From positions 3,717 to 67,716 of the forward strand of contig DIRT01000036.1 of assembly GCA_002427605.1 (NCBI GenBank): DNA of 64,000 nt, in the 5' to 3' direction. The DNA is from Bacteroidales bacterium UBA5429. GTDB lineage: Bacteria; Bacteroidota; Bacteroidia; Bacteroidales; WCHB1-69. The position numbers were made by a program, and so were the translations under genes. The notes beneath the pieces are model-generated. The model was not told where the DNA came from. It saw only the letters and a list, made by a program, of their open reading frames with translations, and did no database searches. This document shows, piece after piece, positions 57,441 to 64,000 of this stretch (position 1 is the stretch's first letter; each line of letters begins with the position of its first letter).

Positions 57441-58880
57441 ATGAAAAAATTAGCATTTGTATTATTACTCGCTTTATTAGTTACAGCTTGTAAAAATTCA
57501 GGAGATGGCCAGTTGGTAGGCGTGCAAGACAGACCAGAATTTAGCGATCTTACACCATACGGCATGGTATACGTTCCTGCAGGGCACTATACAATGGGAG
57601 TAGGTGATCAAGATGTTCCTTTCGCTTTAACCCACCAATCTAAAAGTGTGACTGTTTCTGCTTTTTGGATGGATGAAACCGAAATCACAAATAACGAGTA
57701 TCGTCAGTTTGTGTATTGGGTGAGAGACTCCATTGCACACTGTCTGCTCGGGGATCTTGAAGAGGACGAAATTAGAGGAAAGTATGGTCACTATTTGAGA
57801 TATACCAGAAAAACAGCATATGGCGATAATGAAGAGGGTTCTGTGATTGAACCTAAGTTAATCAATTGGAAAGAGGAAATCCCATGGGATACTAAAGACG
57901 AAGAAGAAATTGAAGCGTTGAGTCCTCTGTTTACCAAAATTAACACTAGATTCTATCACTATCGTCCGGGTGGACTTAATATCTCAAACCTTAATTTTGA
58001 ATATTGGGTTATGGACTTAAGTGCATATCGCGATAGAGAGGATCCAACAATTCATGGTGCAGCTGTTAAAGAAGAAGAGGGTAGCGATTTGGGAGGTATT
58101 TATGCTAATCGTGGTAGTCACCTGAATGGCGGATTTGAAAGATTTATTAGAAAAGATGTGGTTAATATTTATCCGGATACCCTATGCTGGAATCATGACT
58201 ATACCTATTCTTATAATGAACCGATGACCATGAACTACTTCTCTCATCCACAATATGACCATTATCCTGTTGTTGGAGTGAGCTGGAGACAAGCCAGAGC
58301 GTTTGTTTATTGGAGAACCCACATCAGACATGCCTATTTGAGTTCTCTTGATAATGCGGCTCATGAGCATGAGTTTAGATTACCTCTTGAAGCAGAATGG
58401 GAGTGGGGAGCAAGAGGAGGCTTACATGCCAATCCATATCCTTGGGGTGGTCCATATACTCAAAATGTAAATGGTTGTTTCTTGAGTAACTTTAAACCTC
58501 AAAGAGGAAATTATATCGCTGATGATAATATGTATCCTGCTATTGTAGCTCACTATCATCCTAATGACTTTGGTTTATTCGATATGTCAGGAAATGTAGC
58601 TGAGTGGTGTAATGATGCTTTCGATGAATCATCAGTAAATTTCACACATGATTTGAACCCAAGTTATAATTACTATGCTAAAAAGGGAGATTCTCCTGTT
58701 AAGAAAAGAAAAGTGGTTAGAGGTGGATCATGGAAAGATATTAGCTATTATACAACTGTTTACGCTAAAACGTACGAATATCAAGATACTTGTAAATCGT
58801 ATGTTGGATTCCGTTGTGTGCAATCCTATATGGGAAGAAACAGAGGAGACAGTCAAAAGTCTGACTCACATGTATACTAA
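57441..58880 (+). CDS. gldK: gliding motility/T9SS lipoprotein GldK (PorK)
   Basis: Lipobox LLVTAC, then MVYVPAGHYTMG and an FGE-sulfatase-like domain (RGGSW...). Confidence 0.92.
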   Translation: MKKLAFVLLLALLVTACKNSGDGQLVGVQDRPEFSDLTPYGMVYVPAGHYTMGVGDQDVPFALTHQSKSVTVSAFWMDETEITNNEYRQFVYWVRDSIAHCLLGDLEEDEIRGKYGHYLRYTRKTAYGDNEEGSVIEPKLINWKEEIPWDTKDEEEIEALSPLFTKINTRFYHYRPGGLNISNLNFEYWVMDLSAYRDREDPTIHGAAVKEEEGSDLGGIYANRGSHLNGGFERFIRKDVVNIYPDTLCWNHDYTYSYNEPMTMNYFSHPQYDHYPVVGVSWRQARAFVYWRTHIRHAYLSSLDNAAHEHEFRLPLEAEWEWGARGGLHANPYPWGGPYTQNVNGCFLSNFKPQRGNYIADDNMYPAIVAHYHPNDFGLFDMSGNVAEWCNDAFDESSVNFTHDLNPSYNYYAKKGDSPVKKRKVVRGGSWKDISYYTTVYAKTYEYQDTCKSYVGFRCVQSYMGRNRGDSQKSDSHVY

Positions 58881-58941
58881 AAATTAAAAATTATTATAAA
58901 TCAATCAATTAATTAATCATTAACTTTAAAAAGAAAACATT

Positions 58942-59679
58942 ATGACACTTTATCAACTTGTAAGAAGTAAGGGTTGGAAGAACTTTATGTCTAAACTGTA
59001 CGGATGGGGTGCAGCAGCAGTAATTATTGGAGCATTATTTAAAATTATTCACTGGCCTGGTGCTGACGTTATTTTGATTATAGGGATGTTTACAGAGGCA
59101 ACTATTTTCTTCTTTTCTGCGTTTGAACCACTTCACGTTGAATACAACTGGGCTTTGGTTTATCCCGAATTAGCGGTGGGTCTTGATGAAGATGTTCCAA
59201 CTAAAAAATCTAAAGCGAAAGAGTTGCCGAAAGGTAATGTTACTCAGCAATTAGATGCTATGTTGGAAGAAGCAAAAATTGGTCCGGAATTGATCGAAAG
59301 TTTAGCTGTTGGAATGAGAAACCTGTCAGAAAATGCAAAAAAATTATCCGGAGCTGCGGACGCAACTGCTGCAACAGATAACTACGTAAATAACCTTACC
59401 AAAGCAGGTGAATCGGCTCGTAACCTAACTCTTCAGTATGATAAGACTGCCTCTGCTCTATCTTCAGCTTTTGATGCACAATCTAAAAGTACAGAAGTGA
59501 TCGTGGATAGCTATAAAAAGATGGAAGAAAGTGTCAAAGCATACGCTGATACCCTGAATTCTTCTTTGGACCAAACAATGAAATATAAAGAAGAGATGGA
59601 TAAATTGACTAAGAGCGTTGCGCAAATTAGTAATATCTACGGAAATATGTTAGCCGCTATGGGGGGCACTAATAAATAA
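58942..59679 (+). CDS. gldL: gliding motility/T9SS protein GldL (PorL)
   Basis: LYGWGAAAVIIGALFKIIHWPGADVILIIGMFTEATIFFFSAFEP are the two GldL TM helices. Confidence 0.92.
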   Translation: MTLYQLVRSKGWKNFMSKLYGWGAAAVIIGALFKIIHWPGADVILIIGMFTEATIFFFSAFEPLHVEYNWALVYPELAVGLDEDVPTKKSKAKELPKGNVTQQLDAMLEEAKIGPELIESLAVGMRNLSENAKKLSGAADATAATDNYVNNLTKAGESARNLTLQYDKTASALSSAFDAQSKSTEVIVDSYKKMEESVKAYADTLNSSLDQTMKYKEEMDKLTKSVAQISNIYGNMLAAMGGTNK

Positions 59680-59743
59680 TCTCAATCATCATAAAAAACT
59701 AAAAAATTTAAATTATTATTAACTAAAAAAGAAAAAAAACTGT

Positions 59744-61378
59744 ATGGCTGCAACAAATTGTCCGGAAACCCCCCGGCAACGTATGATTGGGATGATGTAT
59801 CTGGTTTATCTTGCTCTGCTTGCATTGAATGTATCGAAAGATGTCTTGGATGCATTTGCAGTAGTAGATGAGACTCTGGTGAACTCTACAGTGATTACCA
59901 ATCAGAGTATATCAAGACTGGAACAAACTTTAGCTAAGGAAAAAGCATCTCAAGGGGCTGAAAAAGTTAAAGAAGCTGAACAGATGGTTACCATGATTAT
60001 CAGAGAGTCTGATGCATTGGTAAAATATATAGAAGAAATTAAGTCAGAATTATTAATTACTGTTGACAATACTGATAAAAATCCTGATGGTACACCCAAA
60101 AAAGCTTCTGATATAAGATCAAAAGATAACATTAGCAAGGTTCATAAATTCATGTTTTCAGATGGTGACATGAAAACTGGTAGAGCAATTGACCTTAAGA
60201 ATAAAATTATAGAATATAAGAAGAAATTACTCTCTGTAGTGGAGGAAAATAAGAAGAAAGAGTTTGACATTATTATCGGTTTGGATGTTGAGGGGAAAGA
60301 TACTAAATATAGGAATAATGATAATAAAGAAGAATCTTGGGAAGTTCACTACTTTGCTAATCAAATTATGATAGCTGCTTATACTCTGTTGAATAAAACA
60401 ATTGGAGAAGTGAGAAATGCTCAATCTACAATGATTAACTACGCTATCGGATCCACAACTGCGGATGACTTTAAGTTTAATACTATTCAGGCAAAAGCTA
60501 TCCCGGTTTCTCAAATGGTTTTCCAGGGAGATAAATATTCAGCAGGTATCATTGTAGCTGCTTATGATGACAGACAAGAACCCGAAGTGTACTATAAAAT
60601 GGGAGTTGACTCGTTGACTTCAGAAGAAGGTGCTACCCGCCTTGATGGTGAAGGTGGTTTAGTTCAACTGGATATTCCGGCAGGTGCAACAGGTGAACAT
60701 AAATATGCCGGGTTTATCCGTGTTGTGACACCAGATGGCTCAAAAAGAGATTATCATTTTAAAAATAAATATACTGTGTTAAAACCTTCAGCTACCGTTG
60801 CTGCTGACAAGATGAATGTTTTCTATGCCGGTATTGAAAATCCCGTTTCAGTTAATGCTCCTGTAGCTCCTGAATATATTAATATCGATATAACAGGTGC
60901 CGGGGCTTCATATACTAAAACAGGACCGGGAACTTATAATATCACTGTTCCTCAGTCTTTGGCAAATAAAAACGTAATTGTAAATGTTAGAGCTAATCAG
61001 GGTGGAAAGACTACAACATTATGTGCTACCGAATTCCGTGTTAAACGTGTACCGGATCCGGTTGCCAAAGTGGGTGGTAGTTTAACAGGTGGTAGAGTTA
61101 CTAAATCAGAATTGGCAACAAACCCATTTATTACCGCTGCTATGGCTCAGGATTTTGTTTATGACCTAAGATGGACTATTCAATCCTATCAGGTTACATT
61201 CATTGTCAGAGGAATGGAAGAAGCACCTATGACTATCCAAGGTGCTGCCTTTTCAGAGGCTTTGAAAACTAAAATTAGAAATGCTGCTCCCGGAACTCTT
61301 ATTTTGTTCTCAGGAATTAGAGCAACCTCTCCGGCAGGAACGAGACAGCTCTTAGATATTGTGTTACGTGTTAGATAA
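59744..61378 (+). CDS. gldM: gliding motility/T9SS protein GldM (PorM)
   Basis: The N-terminus PRQRMIGMMYLVYLALLALNVSKDVLDAF is the GldM signature. The protein is 544 aa. Confidence 0.92.
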   Translation: MAATNCPETPRQRMIGMMYLVYLALLALNVSKDVLDAFAVVDETLVNSTVITNQSISRLEQTLAKEKASQGAEKVKEAEQMVTMIIRESDALVKYIEEIKSELLITVDNTDKNPDGTPKKASDIRSKDNISKVHKFMFSDGDMKTGRAIDLKNKIIEYKKKLLSVVEENKKKEFDIIIGLDVEGKDTKYRNNDNKEESWEVHYFANQIMIAAYTLLNKTIGEVRNAQSTMINYAIGSTTADDFKFNTIQAKAIPVSQMVFQGDKYSAGIIVAAYDDRQEPEVYYKMGVDSLTSEEGATRLDGEGGLVQLDIPAGATGEHKYAGFIRVVTPDGSKRDYHFKNKYTVLKPSATVAADKMNVFYAGIENPVSVNAPVAPEYINIDITGAGASYTKTGPGTYNITVPQSLANKNVIVNVRANQGGKTTTLCATEFRVKRVPDPVAKVGGSLTGGRVTKSELATNPFITAAMAQDFVYDLRWTIQSYQVTFIVRGMEEAPMTIQGAAFSEALKTKIRNAAPGTLILFSGIRATSPAGTRQLLDIVLRVR

Positions 61379-61396
61379 TTGATTAAATCTATAGAA

Positions 61397-62323
61397 ATGA
61401 AAAAAATTGCCCTTATTATTACCGCACTTCTCTTTGTCGGAATTGCTTTCGCACAGGAGGATGGAAGTACTTTGGATCAACCAGTTCGAAGACCCGTTGA
61501 ATATCCTTGGCAAAATATGGAAACAGATACCTTCTCTGTACCTGTTGCTCCCGTTTTTGTGAGGCATGCTGATGTAATGTATTATCACACAGTGTGGAGA
61601 ATAATAGACTTAAGAGAGAAGAGAAATCATCCATACTATTTCCCAACATTGGCTCGCGGAACTTGGAAAAGTTTAGCTCAAACCATTTTCGATGCTATCG
61701 ATATTGATAATACCGATAGAGCTAATCGTCTATCCGTGTACGATGATGAATTTTGTACCAGGGAAAAATCATTGGATGATATCAGAGCGACTTTGGCAGA
61801 GCCCAAAATGCAACATGAGCGTGATCCGGAAACTGGAGAAATTATCAACTCAATTCCATTTTTTGAACCATTTACAGCTGATCAAATTCTGTCTTATAGA
61901 ATTAGAGAGGTTTGGTTTTTTGATAAACAACGCTCTGTGATGGAAGTGAGAATCCTCTCTATTGAACCTATTATAGAATATGTTAGAGAGGTCAATGTGG
62001 GTGATGGCGGGGGCAATGAAGAGGATAATATTCTTGGAGGTGAACCTATCACCAGAAGTGGAGGACATATTTTATGGGAGGAATTAAGACCTTACCTAAA
62101 ACAACAAGAGATGTTTAATATCAAAAATAATGCAGCAAGAATCTCTTTTGATGATGCTATGACATGGAAAAGACAATTTGCAACTGTTATTTATCAGGAG
62201 CAAAATGTTTATGGTGATAGAGAAATCCAACAGTATATTAAAAATTCCAGAGATCAAAGAATCGAATCTGAAAGAATAAATGAAAAGATTAGAAACTTTG
62301 AACACGAATTGTGGGAGTTTTAA
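61397..62323 (+). CDS. gldN: gliding motility/T9SS protein GldN (PorN)
   Basis: MKKIALIITALLFVGIAFA|QED. Called from its position after gldM and GldN-like sequence (VWRIIDLREK, REVWFFDKQRS). The track start TTG 61379 is replaced by ATG 61397. Confidence 0.88.
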   Translation: MKKIALIITALLFVGIAFAQEDGSTLDQPVRRPVEYPWQNMETDTFSVPVAPVFVRHADVMYYHTVWRIIDLREKRNHPYYFPTLARGTWKSLAQTIFDAIDIDNTDRANRLSVYDDEFCTREKSLDDIRATLAEPKMQHERDPETGEIINSIPFFEPFTADQILSYRIREVWFFDKQRSVMEVRILSIEPIIEYVREVNVGDGGGNEEDNILGGEPITRSGGHILWEELRPYLKQQEMFNIKNNAARISFDDAMTWKRQFATVIYQEQNVYGDREIQQYIKNSRDQRIESERINEKIRNFEHELWEF

Positions 62324-62343
62324 TAGATCATTATAGTTAACAT

Positions 62344-62375
62344 AAAAAGCTGTCCTGTAAGGATGGCTTTTTTTT
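62344..62375 (+). terminator. terminator of the porP-gldKLMN operon
   Basis: AGCTGTCC-TGTAA-GGATGGCT followed by T7. Confidence 0.6.
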
Positions 62376-62376
62376 G

Positions 62377-62384
62377 TATTTTTG
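62377..62384 (+). promoter_or_regulatory. -7 box TATTTTTG for leuS
   Basis: GTATTTTTGCAAACC, 34 nt before ATG 62418. Confidence 0.5.
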
Positions 62385-62417
62385 CAAACCAATTCATTTT
62401 TTTAATCTCGAATTTGT

Positions 62418-64000
62418 ATGGAATATCTATTTAATGAAATTGAAAATAAATGGCAATCTTACTGGGAAGAAAATGAGACCTTTAGAGTAAAAGTTGATCC
62501 TTCAAAACCTAAGTTTTATATATTGGATATGTTTCCCTATCCATCAGGGGCCGGACTACACGTTGGGCACCCTATGGGTTATATCGCAACGGATATATAC
62601 GCAAGATATAAAATGCAGAAGGGTTATAATGTTTTGCATCCCATGGGATTTGATGCTTTTGGTCTTCCTGCTGAACAATATGCAATTCAAACAGGACAAC
62701 ATCCTGCTAAAACAACAGCTATTAATATTGAAAAATATAAAAAACAGCTTGATGATCTGGGTTTTTCCTACGATTGGAAACGCTCTTTTGCAACCTCTGA
62801 TCCATCCTATTATAAATGGACGCAGTGGACCTTCATCCAGCTCTTTAATCACTATTTTTCTACTCAATCTCAAAAAGCGGAACCGATTAATCAGTTGATA
62901 GCATATTTTGAGAAAAACGGCTCAGAAGGAGTAAAAGCAGCTCAAACAGAGTCGCTCCATTTTAGTGCTGAAGAGTGGAATAATTACTCTGAAGAGGAAA
63001 AACAGTCAGTATTATTGAACTACAGATTAGCTTATCAAGCTGATACTTGGGTAAATTGGTGTCCCGGATTGGGAACTGTACTCGCCAATGATGAGGTAGT
63101 AAATGGTTATTCTGAAAGAGGTGGTTTTCCGGTTGAAAGAAAACTAATGAAACAGTGGATACTCAGAATCACTGCTTATGCTGAAAGATTGTTGCAAGGA
63201 TTGGAAAAATTGGAATGGTCTGATTCGTTGAAAGAGATTCAAAGAAATTGGATCGGTAGAAGTGAAGGTGCTTTTATTCAATTTCAGATCGAAAATCACC
63301 CTCAAACATTAGATATCTTTACAACTCGTCCTGATACAATCTACGGTGTATCCTTTATGGTTTTGGCTCCTGAACATCAATTGATAGAGCAAATTGTTAC
63401 GGAAGCTCAAAGGGAGGAAGTTGAAAAATATGTAACTTATGCAAAAAATCGCTCAGAAACCGAAAGACAAACAGATGTAAAAAAAGTTTCAGGCATTTTT
63501 ACCGGAGCTTATGCAATCCATCCATTCACTGGTAATAGAATTCCAATTTATATTGCTGAGTATGTATTGGCCGGCTACGGTACCGGAGGGATTATGGCTG
63601 TTCCTGCCCATGATTCCAGAGACTATAACTTTGCAAAATTCTTCAATCTCCCAATTGTTGAAGTAATAAGTGGTGGGGATATCAGCGTGGAAGCTTTTGA
63701 AGCCAAAGAGGGAACTTGTGTTAACTCTCCTTTGATTAATGGAATGAGTGTAAAAGAGGGTGCACAGGTTATTATTGAAGAGGTAATTAAATTAGGAATA
63801 GGCTATGGAACGATTAACTATAGATTAAGAGACGCCATTTTTAGTCGTCAGAGATATTGGGGAGAACCCTTCCCGGTTTACTATAAAAATGAGATTCCTT
63901 ATATGCTTCCAGAGTCTGATTTACCCTTGTTACTGCCTGAAATCGATTGCTATTTGCCAACTGAACAGGGTGAACCTCCTTTGGCAAGAGCGAAAAAGTG
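62418..64000 (+). CDS. leuS: leucine--tRNA ligase (N-terminal ~527 codons; continues past the window end)
   Basis: My translation gives [24 protein letters not shown]...[23 protein letters not shown] (HIGH region)...[10 protein letters not shown]. It is not in the ORF track because it is open at the window edge. Confidence 0.95.
   Translation, partial: MEYLFNEIENKWQSYWEENETFRVKVDPSKPKFYILDMFPYPSGAGLHVGHPMGYIATDIYARYKMQKGYNVLHPMGFDAFGLPAEQYAIQTGQHPAKTTAINIEKYKKQLDDLGFSYDWKRSFATSDPSYYKWTQWTFIQLFNHYFSTQSQKAEPINQLIAYFEKNGSEGVKAAQTESLHFSAEEWNNYSEEEKQSVLLNYRLAYQADTWVNWCPGLGTVLANDEVVNGYSERGGFPVERKLMKQWILRITAYAERLLQGLEKLEWSDSLKEIQRNWIGRSEGAFIQFQIENHPQTLDIFTTRPDTIYGVSFMVLAPEHQLIEQIVTEAQREEVEKYVTYAKNRSETERQTDVKKVSGIFTGAYAIHPFTGNRIPIYIAEYVLAGYGTGGIMAVPAHDSRDYNFAKFFNLPIVEVISGGDISVEAFEAKEGTCVNSPLINGMSVKEGAQVIIEEVIKLGIGYGTINYRLRDAIFSRQRYWGEPFPVYYKNEIPYMLPESDLPLLLPEIDCYLPTEQGEPPLARAKK

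Noticed and set aside
62494-62898. ORFs 62494-62898 (+) and 62556-62873 (-)
   Set aside because: They overlap the leuS frame that starts at 62418 and contains the HIGH motif (the ORF runs off the window edge). They are frame shadows.

Overview
This is a low-GC Bacteroidota chromosome segment; I cannot name the species. The assignment rests on TAnnTTTG -7 promoter boxes, no Shine-Dalgarno sequences, gliding/T9SS genes, and Gln after every predicted signal-peptide cleavage site. The housekeeping backbone is ftsH-rsfS, tRNA-Thr/tuf/tRNA-Trp, rfbD-ugd, an MsbA-like ABC exporter, trmB, secE-nusG-rplKAJL-rpoBC, a DUF3467 gene, rfbC, a HAD phosphatase, lysC and leuS. A dense set of type IX secretion (T9SS) genes is interleaved with it: porP-gldK-gldL-gldM-gldN, a PorE(PG1058)-like protein, a glutaminyl cyclase-like lipoprotein and four cargo genes. 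The cargo genes are an S1-like protease, two giant adhesins of 2293 and 2754 aa with type A sorting domains, and a 682-aa protein with a type B sorting domain. I found no CRISPR array, transposase, integrase, prophage or recognisable defence genes. Five things deserve a second look. (1) A GtrB/ArnC-type GT2 lies between two paralogous polytopic membrane proteins with GT-C-like architecture. This operon is divergent from an unassigned 1154-aa secreted protein and sits next to the T9SS core operon. (2) The two giant adhesin paralogs share a promoter block, and their repeat arrays are bracketed by two copies of an apparently unnamed ~200-230-aa domain. (3) An ~870-bp noncoding block at 4.75-5.64 kb consists of many different heptanucleotide tandem arrays arranged as a long nested inverted repeat. 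A dispersed element from this block recurs at 16.86 kb, and satellite relatives recur at 47.55 kb. (4) The conserved tuf-tRNA-Trp-secE-nusG linkage is broken and inverted. (5) The DUF3467 gene is tightly coupled to rpoC. All functional calls come from reading motifs in the supplied translations and in my own translation of edge ORFs. No database search was run.
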